Virus record (IMG/VR): IMGVR_UViG_3300050821_004020
Span: 1-64,000 of that record
Strand: one strand, 5' to 3'
Source of the DNA: a virus
Lineage: Duplodnaviria; Caudoviricetes
DNA length: 64,000 bases
Position 1 is the stretch's first letter, and each line of letters begins with the position of its first letter. The translations under genes and the position numbers were made by a program. Of the stretch, positions 49,817-57,461 are shown in pieces. The notes under the pieces were generated by a model. That model was not told the origin of the DNA, searched no databases, and saw only the letters and a program-made list of their open reading frames with translations.

Positions 49817-50945
49817 GAGGGGCGCGGACAGGCAGGGGCGACTCTATTGGGCACCCTATTGGAGAGGTAGTACAATGGGTACGGCAATCTCTGGTAGGCA
49901 CAATTCGTATCGTAAGCCTCACTCTCCTTTGAATTCTGAGCGGCCTGGGTTGGGTTATTCAGTTTATTCTTGGGCAGATAGGCGGCGGTATGGTAGGGCG
50001 ATTGGATTGTTAGAAGATGCTATCATGCATCTTTTAGAGTCCGGAGAAACAGATGCCGCTCAATTCCTAACCGATCACTTCTCATCGTATTTTTTAAATC
50101 TCAAAATGAGACCGAATCTCAAGACCGCAGGTAAAGCGGGTTTGAGAGCGTTCTCAAAGTGAGACGCGGCGTCAAGTGCTTCATAACATTAGAGATAATT
50201 GGATGATCGATTGAGATGGGATCGCGGCGCGATTTGCCAGAAAATTTCCCAAAATAATCGTAAAAATCACTCATTTCTCGTAAATTGTTGATAATAAAGC
50301 ACATATTTGCCATGAATTAGCCATTTGAGCCGAATAATCGTCTGAAGAACCAGCCGGTGAGGTCGGAGGGCATGAAATACGACTAAGTTATACTTATACG
50401 CACAAGCAATAAGCTGTTTGTTTGCAACGAATTGCGGCAACGAATCGCAACGCGCAACAAAATCGTGCTGGTATCGAGGTCGTGCTCGAACTGGACTCGG
50501 TTGCCGTAGCGACCGGGGACCGATGTCACACAGGTTGTATCATCGATTTGTCGTCTAAGTCGTTTGTTTTCAGTTGGATCAGTACCATCAGTATTCCTAG
50601 TACCACCAGGATTATCGGTACTCCCGGTAGTACTATTCCGGTCGGTCGCCCCCACGGCACCTTCGGCGTTGACGCCGGCGCCGCGCTGCAAAACCGGGTA
50701 TACCTATTAGGATACCTAAAGTGTTGATAACAAAGGGTTTACGTTATGCGTGGGTCTGAAGCACGGACCCAACATTTTAGGCGACATTTAGCCCAGACCT
50801 GTTGTCAGACCCATTTCTCAAATTGAGAATTGGTAGAGGGACGTTTTGGGTATCATTTTGAGATTAAAAGTTTGAGATTTGGGAACAGCCGTCCTGATCC
50901 GACGGTTGCGTCGGGGCGGTCTCATAGCCACCCCGGCACCCTACT

Positions 50946-51572
50946 ATGAGAGGGAACGTGAGAGAGAGTGTACTGCCGCAGTCGGTGTTTGATCGCCTTC
51001 GGGCCATGGCTCCGCCGCGCAAGCCAGAAGTTAAGAAACCGGCTGTTAGGACAAAAGAAAGGGTCAAGAAGGCCGTTAAAGAGAAAAAGCCTAGAGTTAG
51101 GCTGCCCGTTGTTCGAGCTAAGATGGGTCCTTTAAACGAGTTAAAGTGTTTGAACGTGTATTGTTCAAAAGTTTTTCAACCGACCTTACAGCGACCACAT
51201 CGAGTCTATTGCTCAGAGCAGTGTCGAAAACGAGGGGAGAACGGTCGTCTCAAGTGTGTTAAGAGAATTCGTGCCCGGGACTATATTAGAACAATTAAGG
51301 TAAAGCAAGCGGTTTGTTCACATTGCGGGCTCCCGACGCTTCCTTACAACATGGATTGTCATCATCGGGATGCTGAAGATAAGCTCTTTAATTTGAGTCG
51401 CCCGCCAACGGGTATCTCATTCGCGCAAATTGACGCAGAGTTAGAGAAATGCGACTTTCTTTGTAAGCTTTGTCACGGTAAGGCAACGTACGATCCGGTC
51501 GCCTTCTTTACGGAACGAATACGCAACATAGGGTTGGAAATAGCAGCGGATTTGAGTATGGCGGGAGGATAA
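50946..51572 (+). CDS. HNH endonuclease-domain protein
   Basis: YCSEQC; CSHCG...DCHHRD..K.F...ELEKCDFLCKLCH. Confidence 0.75.
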   Translation: MRGNVRESVLPQSVFDRLRAMAPPRKPEVKKPAVRTKERVKKAVKEKKPRVRLPVVRAKMGPLNELKCLNVYCSKVFQPTLQRPHRVYCSEQCRKRGENGRLKCVKRIRARDYIRTIKVKQAVCSHCGLPTLPYNMDCHHRDAEDKLFNLSRPPTGISFAQIDAELEKCDFLCKLCHGKATYDPVAFFTERIRNIGLEIAADLSMAGG

Positions 51573-51574
51573 GA

Positions 51575-51970
51575 ATGCCTGAGCAGCACTGGGTCAACCG
51601 TGTCGATCAGAAAAGTATTGAAGCCGAAACCGTAAGGGACGAGGACGTTGGCGAGTTCCACGTTCACCCGCTTACCATCGAGAGAGCCAAGGAGTTGGGT
51701 TTGACGGATTGGGCCTTGGAAGACGAAAAGCCTGCTCAGCTGCCCCTGGCCCTGGATTATCCCCCGGAGCCTGAAGCTATCCCCGGGAGTATCCGAACCG
51801 GAATGCGATCCTCGGCTGAAGAAGTCATTAAGGCGTACAAGCAGGAATCAGAAGCGTTAGGGCTGTTGAACACCACATTGAGCCACGATCCCAGGTTCCC
51901 AGCATTCAAGGCCCAGGTGATCGCCGCATTCAAACACTTAGGCCTCGACGTTAACAAGTTCTTCGTATGA
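51575..51970 (+). CDS. Hypothetical protein
   Basis: GGAGG RBS; ORF. Confidence 0.55.
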   Translation: MPEQHWVNRVDQKSIEAETVRDEDVGEFHVHPLTIERAKELGLTDWALEDEKPAQLPLALDYPPEPEAIPGSIRTGMRSSAEEVIKAYKQESEALGLLNTTLSHDPRFPAFKAQVIAAFKHLGLDVNKFFV

Positions 51971-52070
51971 TCTGGATCGCCGGCACTGTCGTCATCGTGT
52001 TATTCCTTTTGGGCCGTGGCGGTCGTTGGTTAGGTTGGTTTAAATAATCGTAATTTAAGGGGGGTGATCC

Positions 52071-52265
52071 GTGATCGCAGGATTCATCGCAGGAGCAGTC
52101 GGAGTCATCGGAGCATTAATTGCAGCTTACAAGAGCGGCGGATCAAACGCTCAGACGTCATTAGCAAATTTGAAGACCGCCGTAGCCGCTGAAGTCGCAA
52201 AGGTTGAGGCAGCAGCTTCCGCCGACGCCAAGGCGCTGGTTGCAAAGATTAAGGCGTTGCTCTAA
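52071..52265 (+). CDS. Small Ala-rich protein with N-terminal hydrophobic segment
   Basis: GGGGGG RBS, GTG start. Confidence 0.5.
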   Translation: MIAGFIAGAVGVIGALIAAYKSGGSNAQTSLANLKTAVAAEVAKVEAAASADAKALVAKIKALL

Positions 52266-52302
52266 AAATAAGCTTGACAGGTTTTTGAAGTTGTGAGAGT
52301 AT
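52265..52302 (+). promoter_or_regulatory. Promoter of the tRNA cluster
   Basis: AAAATAAGC-TTGACA-17-GAGTAT; 20 bp identical to the promoter at 19565-19584. Confidence 0.7.
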
Positions 52303-52368
52303 TCTTTTAAGCAGTGGACGGGACAGTTAGTCATACCCCCCGGCGGGTGGGTTAACCCGCCACCTTTC

Positions 52369-52442
52369 GTGAGCCTGATGTAGCGGGAGCATGGCAGCCT
52401 GTGACGCTGTCTGGCTGGGTTCGAATCCCAGGGCGCACCCCA
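52369..52442 (+). tRNA. trnH: tRNA-His(GTG)
   Basis: Cloverleaf, CT-GTG-AC loop, C discriminator, CCA. Confidence 0.8.
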
Positions 52443-52636
52443 ATTCTTGGCCTGGCCGGACGGCCAAAGAGTCACCATGTCAGAGGATGCTGACCGGTTG
52501 TTGCTATTAGTTGAAGCGGCAGAGAAGATAGATAATAATCTGAGCGTGCTTCCCGTAGCGATTCAACTGTTGTATGATGAGCAGTACAAGATGTTGATTC
52601 AAGAAATTGCCAAGAAGGCAAAGAATTAAAGTTTTC

Positions 52637-52711
52637 GCCGCTCTAGCTCATTGGCAGAGCGCCGGCCTGAAAAACCGGGCGTACGTAGTTCGATTCTACG
52701 GTGCGGCGCCA
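52637..52711 (+). tRNA. trnF: tRNA-Phe(GAA)
   Basis: Cloverleaf, CT-GAA-AA, CCA. Confidence 0.9.
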
Positions 52712-52719
52712 AGATTAAT

Positions 52720-52806
52720 CGCCTGCTGATGGAATTGGCAGACATGCCGGATTCAAAATCCGGTGCCGTAAAACGCGTCAGGGTTCGAGTCCCTGGTGGG
52801 CGACCA
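52720..52806 (+). tRNA. trnL: tRNA-Leu(CAA)
   Basis: Long variable arm, TT-CAA-AA, CCA. Confidence 0.88.
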
Positions 52807-52812
52807 AAGTTT

Positions 52813-52942
52813 GATCTTCCGATCACGGGCAGCCACCGTGTGAGACGTCCACTAAGGGCGAGGCTGGTTAAGTAAGGGGCCCCTGAACAATCAGAGGCTA
52901 GCCCTCGGGCGATCCAGCTGGGATGCGCTGGTGAGGAAGACC
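52813..52942 (+). ncRNA. Unassigned structured RNA candidate
   Basis: TCTTCC/GGAAGA closing stem with three internal hairpins, located between two tRNAs. Confidence 0.45.
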
Positions 52943-52949
52943 GAATTTC

Positions 52950-53041
52950 TGTCGGGTACGACGGGATCGTGGCAGCGACTTATAATCGCTTCTGGCCCTG
53001 ATTAGGCTTGCTAGATGGTTCGATTCCATCCTCGACAACCA
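52950..53041 (+). tRNA. trnI: tRNA-Ile(TAT) with long variable arm
   Basis: TGTCGGG/CTCGACA acceptor, AGCGA-CTTATAA-TCGCT, variable region of about 23 nt, GATGG-TTCGATT-CCATC, CCA. Confidence 0.75.
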
Positions 53042-53045
53042 GTTT

Positions 53046-53128
53046 GGGCTTGTGGCGAAACAGGCAAACGCGGCGGACTTAAAACCCGCTCCGAAAGGAT
53101 GTCGGTTCGACCCCGACCTTGCCCACCA
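53046..53128 (+). tRNA. trnL: tRNA-Leu(TAA)
   Basis: CT-TAA-AA, variable arm, CCA. Confidence 0.88.
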
Positions 53129-53138
53129 AAGTTTCAAT

Positions 53139-53215
53139 GCGCTGCGATTTCGAGCGGCAGAATACCTCCCTCTTAAGGAGGCTTGGTCTCAGTTCAAGTC
53201 TGAGGCGGCGCACCA
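53139..53215 (+). tRNA. trnK: tRNA-Lys(CTT)
   Basis: CCTCC-CTCTTAA-GGAGG, CCA. Confidence 0.85.
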
Positions 53216-53220
53216 AATTT

Positions 53221-53296
53221 GGGTTCGTAGCTTAATTGGCAGAGCCTCCGTCTTTTAAACGGAACTGTGTAGGATCATTGCCTACCGGACCCACCA
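53221..53296 (+). tRNA. trnK: tRNA-Lys(TTT)
   Basis: CT-TTT-AA loop; atypical T loop; CCA. Confidence 0.8.
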
Positions 53297-53305
53297 AATT
53301 TATGT

Positions 53306-53395
53306 GGAAGTGCGGCGAAGACGGCGGGTCGTGCTTGTCTGTAAAACAAGATGCCCTTGCGGCACTAGCTGGTTCGAATCCAGCCGCTTCCACCA
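53306..53395 (+). tRNA. trnY: tRNA-Tyr(GTA)
   Basis: CT-GTA-AA, long variable arm, CCA. Confidence 0.88.
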
Positions 53396-53398
53396 TTT

Positions 53399-53474
53399 TA
53401 GTCTACTGGCGCAACAGCAGCGCAGTCTCTTGATAGGAGAAAGGTTCCTAGTGCAAATCTAGGGTGGACTACCA
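53399..53474 (+). tRNA. trnI: tRNA-Ile(GAT)
   Basis: TCTC-TTGATAG-GAGA, CCA; atypical T loop. Confidence 0.75.
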
Positions 53475-53486
53475 ATTTTACACCGT

Positions 53487-53562
53487 GGGGCTGTAGCTCA
53501 TTCAGGAGAGCGCATCGCTTGCACCGATGAGGCGTCCGGAGCAAAGCCGGATAGCTCCACCA
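53487..53562 (+). tRNA. trnA: tRNA-Ala(TGC)
   Basis: GGGGCTG acceptor with G3:U70, CT-TGC-AC, CCA. Confidence 0.88.
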
Positions 53563-53568
53563 ATTTCT

Positions 53569-53646
53569 GTTCCCGACTAGCAAACTGGTCGTATGCATCT
53601 CGCTTACACCGAGACAGGGAGTGTTCGATTCACTCGTTGGGAACCA
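53569..53646 (+). tRNA. trnV: tRNA-Val(TAC)
   Basis: CTCG-CTTACAC-CGAG, CCA. Confidence 0.8.
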
Positions 53647-53647
53647 C

Positions 53648-53723
53648 GGGGTGTTCGTATATCGGAACATTACGCGGCGCTACGAACGCCGAAAGCAGAG
53701 TCCAATTCTCTGACGCCCCTCCA
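53648..53723 (+). tRNA. trnR: tRNA-Arg(ACG)
   Basis: GGCG-CTACGAA-CGCC, CCA. Confidence 0.85.
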
Positions 53724-53791
53724 ATTTTCGTGTGTCACTGTAAACTATCGGCCTGTAGGTGAGCATAGGCGTCCGAGCACGAATACATTTT

Positions 53792-53866
53792 GGCCCTGTC
53801 GTTCAGCGCACAGGACTCTGGTCTTCGAAACCAGCAACGTCGGTTGGAATCCGACTGGGGCCTCCA
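53792..53866 (+). tRNA. trnR: tRNA-Arg(TCG)
   Basis: CTGGT-CTTCGAA-ACCAG, CCA. Confidence 0.85.
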
Positions 53867-53964
53867 AATTTACCGGGATTACAACCGGGTAGCGAACGTT
53901 TTCGGACGTAAACCGAATGGCTGGTGCTTTGCCGTTAGCCGCATCCTTTAAAAAGGAGCGACTG

Positions 53965-54342
53965 ATGATTAAAGAAACACAACTGGGTATGCCATTTGGA
54001 ACGGCGTGCCATCAACTAAGAAAGGAAATTCTTTTTGAGTTGGTAAGAGAAGTAAAAAGAAATTTTTGTTTTAGGTGCGGCAAACAAATTGAGCTTAGTC
54101 GAGATTTTTCGATTGATCATAAAGAGCCTTGGTTACACAGTTTTGAACCAAAAGTTTTGTTTTTCTCTTTGACGAATATTGCCTTTAGCCACAGGCTATG
54201 CAATACGAAGGCCCGTCGAATTAGAAGAAAGTATTCGCCCAAAGAAGCGATACGAGTTGAGCGAGAGCAGAAAGCCGCATACATGAGGAAAATGTATACG
54301 ACCGAGCGCCGCCAATTAAAGTATCGAGCTACTGGGCACTGA
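53965..54342 (+). CDS. HNH endonuclease within the tRNA cluster
   Basis: AAAGGAG RBS; CFRCG...SIDHKEPW...NIAFSHRLCN. Confidence 0.8.
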   Translation: MIKETQLGMPFGTACHQLRKEILFELVREVKRNFCFRCGKQIELSRDFSIDHKEPWLHSFEPKVLFFSLTNIAFSHRLCNTKARRIRRKYSPKEAIRVEREQKAAYMRKMYTTERRQLKYRATGH

Positions 54343-54349
54343 ATTCAGT

Positions 54350-54425
54350 TTCGCTCTGGTCTAACTGGCAGGACACTTCACTGTTAATGAAGAGGGTCTC
54401 CGTTCGAATCGGAGGGGCGGAGCCA
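54350..54425 (+). tRNA. trnN: tRNA-Asn(GTT)
   Basis: CTTCA-CTGTTAA-TGAAG, G discriminator, CCA. Confidence 0.88.
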
Positions 54426-54432
54426 ATTTCGA

Positions 54433-54506
54433 GCAGTGATGATCTAGTGGTATGATGACGCACTTGTAATGCGTACGCCGGGGTCCGATTCCCTGTCGCT
54501 GCTCCA
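54433..54506 (+). tRNA. trnT: tRNA-Thr(TGT)
   Basis: ACGCA-CTTGTAA-TGCGT, CCA. Confidence 0.85.
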
Positions 54507-54507
54507 A

Positions 54508-54581
54508 GCACTGTTGATCTAGTGGTATGATGCCGCTTTCGTAAAGCGGACGCCGGGGTCCGATTCCCTGACGGTGCTCCA
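54508..54581 (+). tRNA. trnT: tRNA-Thr(CGT)
   Basis: CCGCT-TTCGTAA-AGCGG, CCA; near-duplicate of the preceding tRNA. Confidence 0.85.
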
Positions 54582-54586
54582 GTTTT

Positions 54587-54663
54587 GAGGTGGTCGCGTA
54601 GCGGCCTATCGCACTCCACTGTCTATGGAGTTTTCGTGGGTTCGAATCCCATCCGCCTCGCCA
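54587..54663 (+). tRNA. trnD: tRNA-Asp(GTC)
   Basis: TCCA-CTGTCTA-TGGA, G discriminator, CCA. Confidence 0.85.
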
Positions 54664-54671
54664 TTTTTCGA

Positions 54672-54745
54672 GCACTCGTAGTTTAGTGGTAGAACACGCC
54701 CTTGGTAAGGGCGGGGTTAGGGTCCGATTCCCTGCAGGTGCTCCA
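54672..54745 (+). tRNA. trnT: tRNA-Thr(GGT)
   Basis: CGCCC-TTGGTAA-GGGCG, CCA. Confidence 0.85.
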
Positions 54746-54747
54746 GT

Positions 54748-54821
54748 GCCCATGTAGTCTAGTGGTAGAACGCAGCCCTCTCACGGCTGTAGCGTCGGTT
54801 CGATTCCGGCCACGGGTACCA
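54748..54821 (+). tRNA. trnE: tRNA-Glu(CTC)
   Basis: CAGCC-CTCTCAC-GGCTG, CCA. Confidence 0.85.
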
Positions 54822-54828
54822 ATTCTGT

Positions 54829-54904
54829 GGCGATGTCATCTAGTGGCCTAGGATGCTTCCCTTTCAAGGAAGTCACGCGGGTTCGAGTCCCGCCGACGCT
54901 ACCA
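54829..54904 (+). tRNA. trnE: tRNA-Glu(TTC)
   Basis: CTTCC-CTTTCAA-GGAAG, CCA. Confidence 0.88.
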
Positions 54905-55055
54905 TATTCTGAAAGTTGTCTGTTGGATACCCCACCGTACGGTGCAGTACATTAACATCGGTGTTAAAAAGACTTGCAAAGGCCAAAATGGATTGGTATA
55001 AGGATTCAGCAGTTGAGCAGTTAAATCCCATCCCTACCAAAGAGGAGAGGCCAAC

Positions 55056-55271
55056 GTGAAGAATCCGGTCCAGCAAGCAGGTATGAAAGAGTTGAAGCTG
55101 TCCTTTGATGCTCGTATTGATGATTTGCATTTGCAGGTCGGAGATTTCGTCAAAGTAGCGGATCAAGTATATAAATTTGTTGGTCGTGAATTGGGCGCTA
55201 GGGATCAATTCGGGAAACTCATTCCAGGTTTGAACCATAAGTATTACGATGTTCTCGAGCCAATCAATTAA
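55056..55271 (+). CDS. Hypothetical small protein
   Basis: GAGGAG RBS, GTG start. Confidence 0.55.
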   Translation: MKNPVQQAGMKELKLSFDARIDDLHLQVGDFVKVADQVYKFVGRELGARDQFGKLIPGLNHKYYDVLEPIN

Positions 55272-55280
55272 GTTCATTAT

Positions 55281-55365
55281 GCCCCGTTGGCGAAACTGGG
55301 AAACGCGCAGAGCTTAGACCTCTGTGCCTTCGGGCTTGGAGGTTCGACTCCTCTATGGGGCACCA
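55281..55365 (+). tRNA. trnL: tRNA-Leu(TAG)
   Basis: CAGAG-CTTAGAC-CTCTG, variable arm, CCA. Confidence 0.88.
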
Positions 55366-55367
55366 TT

Positions 55368-55733
55368 TTGTACGTACATCGGTTGGGCGTGCCGCAATCA
55401 CGCCCGACCACTCTATTGCGGAGAGAAAGGGTGAGAGAAGGGAAGGCTTATGAGCGTGTTCGTGGCGCTCACAAACGATTGGTTGTGAACCGTTGGAAAA
55501 GAAGAAAGGGCTGCGTTGATTGCGGCTACAAAGCCAATTACGACGCGCTAGAGTTAGATCACCTCTTCGGAAAGAAAGGCAATTATCGTACTGTTGCTTC
55601 TCTGATGTACGCGAGCTGGAGAGTGATCAAAGAAGAGATTGTAAAATGCGAAGTTGTTTGTGCGAACTGCCATGCAATTCGAACTCGGTTAAGAGAGAAA
55701 ATTTCATTGCGGGCACGGCTGGTGCCGGGCTAA
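55368..55733 (+). CDS. HNH endonuclease within the tRNA cluster (start approximate)
   Basis: GCVDCG...ALELDH...K...EEI.KCEVVCANCH..RT. Confidence 0.8.
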   Translation: MYVHRLGVPQSRPTTLLRRERVREGKAYERVRGAHKRLVVNRWKRRKGCVDCGYKANYDALELDHLFGKKGNYRTVASLMYASWRVIKEEIVKCEVVCANCHAIRTRLREKISLRARLVPG

Positions 55734-55780
55734 GCCTCATAAACTTTGGCGTCATGATTCGATTTCATGGCCCGCAACCA
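55708..55780 (+). tRNA. Degenerate tRNA with CAT anticodon (Met or Ile2)
   Basis: TGCGGGC/GCCCGCA-A-CCA acceptor, CTCATAA loop; weak anticodon stem, A53 in T arm. Confidence 0.6.
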
Positions 55781-55794
55781 TTTTTAGGAGTCGC

Positions 55795-55995
55795 ATGGAT
55801 CTTAAGTCGATACCATATTCAATAGCAAAGGTTGCCCGTGATCAAATGGCAGCCGGCACAAAGGCGGCAAAAGGTGGGGATGATGATAAAGCCGCGCCAG
55901 AGCCTGCTAAGAAACAGGAAAATCCTGCGGATAAGTCAACTGATGCTGTTAGTGGTCTAGTTAAGACTGTCGCAAGCCATTTTATGCCGAGTTAA
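55795..55995 (+). CDS. Hypothetical small protein
   Basis: AGGAG RBS. Confidence 0.55.
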   Translation: MDLKSIPYSIAKVARDQMAAGTKAAKGGDDDKAAPEPAKKQENPADKSTDAVSGLVKTVASHFMPS

Positions 55996-56039
55996 AACTC
56001 TAGGGCCCGTTTCCAGGCCCCACAGTTAGGCTAACTCCG

Positions 56040-56480
56040 TTACTTTCGTTTTCGGTCGAGGACGCTGGCAGTTTCCTTGTCAACTACGTACAGATGGCCG
56101 GTCTTGCCGTTTTCACCATTCTGTCCGACGATCAAGCTGAATTTTTCAGTCAGCCCGAGCTTGTGAAACTGATAGCGAATTCTTGCTGTCATTTGTCCGG
56201 CGTCCAACACATTGTTCCACGGGTCAACGGTTGGGATGATGTCGATGTCCACGGCTTCAAAACTGCCGAGACCGGCATTGAGCTTTTCCATTAATGCGGA
56301 CCAGAAGGGGAGCCCCAAAATGAAAGCTTCCCGTCCAGCGCGAACTGGCGACGGAACATCTGTCCTCTTGACGATTTTGATTGCTGGTCCCCGGTCAGTT
56401 GTGTAATCCGGGCCGTATGTTGCGTTGATTTTTGTTGCAGTCGCTGACATTCTTTTCTCCTTTTGTGTTGCGGTTGCCAT
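56040..56480 (-). CDS. Hypothetical protein, antisense to the tRNA cluster
   Basis: AAAGGAAG RBS, 146 aa, protein-like composition. Confidence 0.6.
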   Translation of the reverse strand: MATATQKEKRMSATATKINATYGPDYTTDRGPAIKIVKRTDVPSPVRAGREAFILGLPFWSALMEKLNAGLGSFEAVDIDIIPTVDPWNNVLDAGQMTARIRYQFHKLGLTEKFSLIVGQNGENGKTGHLYVVDKETASVLDRKRK

Positions 56481-56761
56481 TTTGGTTTCTTCCTTTCAGT
56501 GGCTGAGTTGATCTAGTTTATCTGAGTGTTAGAGGAAGCCCTGGGCTTTTTAGACTGCACTCTGGATTAAACGTCCACGGTACTAATTCTGGAGTTTAAC
56601 CCAAAGCGGTTCAATACTCCAAACACTGTACGTCGGTTCATAGTACCTCTAGTCCTTAGTTTCTGGCTTTGTACGCTTTCGTACCGGCCATGTGTGTACC
56701 GTACAGAGTATTAGATGCCAAATCTGTGCTAAACAGCACACTTTTGGAATAAAGTTTTCGA

Positions 56762-56835
56762 GCGATGTTGGTATAGTGGTAGAACGACACCTTGCCAAGG
56801 TGTAGGCGCGGTTTCGATTACCGCACGTCGCTCCA
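56762..56835 (+). tRNA. trnG: tRNA-Gly(GCC)
   Basis: ACACC-TTGCCAA-GGTGT, T discriminator, CCA. Confidence 0.9.
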
Positions 56836-56838
56836 GTT

Positions 56839-56951
56839 TGTCCGGTAGCTCAGATGGTTAGAGCGCGATCAGCAAGCCCGCTCATTCAGGTCATTCCTGA
56901 ATTGCAAGGCCCAAGTGGTCGAGGTCACGGGTTCGAATCCCGTCCGGCAAA
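56839..56951 (+). ncRNA. tRNA-like RNA with 46-nt insertion in the anticodon loop; no encoded CCA
   Basis: TAGCTCAGATGGTTAGAGC D arm, CGATC/GGTCG anticodon stem, AGGTC variable loop, ACGGG-TTCGAAT-CCCGT. Confidence 0.7.
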
Positions 56952-56963
56952 ATTCGGTGGTCT

Positions 56964-57221
56964 ATGACATACGAAGCCCTCGTGATCACGTTGGGGTTTG
57001 TAGTGGACTTGATCGCATTGTATTTTTTGGTCGGTATCTGGCGTGATGACAGGCTCATGCGGATAGCGGCAGAAGAATCCCTTAAGGCTCAGCTTGAGTA
57101 TTTGGGCTTGCGCCGTAAATGGTACGAGCAGCGCTCCGCAGCCAAGAGGAAGAGCGATGTGGGAAGACCAGGAACAGAAGCAGCTGGAACACAGGATGGC
57201 GATAGTGCGAACGCTGTGTAA
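56964..57221 (+). CDS. Small membrane-anchored protein
   Basis: N-terminal TM, coiled coil. Confidence 0.5.
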   Translation: MTYEALVITLGFVVDLIALYFLVGIWRDDRLMRIAAEESLKAQLEYLGLRRKWYEQRSAAKRKSDVGRPGTEAAGTQDGDSANAV

Positions 57222-57285
57222 CATTGCCGGCGTCATTATAAGCCTCTTCTACGTTCTCTGGCAAATGAAGTTGATACGATTTTAA

Positions 57286-57359
57286 GCGGTGTTGATGTAA
57301 CGGTAGCATCGCAGTTTTCCAAACTGCTCGTCTCGGTTCGAATCCGTGACGCCGCTCCA
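57286..57359 (+). tRNA. trnG: tRNA-Gly(TCC)
   Basis: GCAGT-TTTCCAA-ACTGC, T discriminator, CCA. Confidence 0.88.
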
Positions 57360-57461
57360 GTTTAATCCTCGAAGAGAGGTACGATGCACGAAAGAATAGA
57401 GCGGCTTAGAAATCACGCACATTTTTTGGTCGGATATCGTCAAGAATTAGAGGAGGTACTT

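Noticed and set aside
49549-49922. ORFs across the TGATGACA cluster
   Set aside because: No RBS and atypical composition; better explained as non-coding origin-like DNA
52813-52942. tmRNA, SRP, 5S or pistol ribozyme identity for the unassigned RNA
   Set aside because: Lacks the diagnostic conserved sequences of each; kept as unassigned
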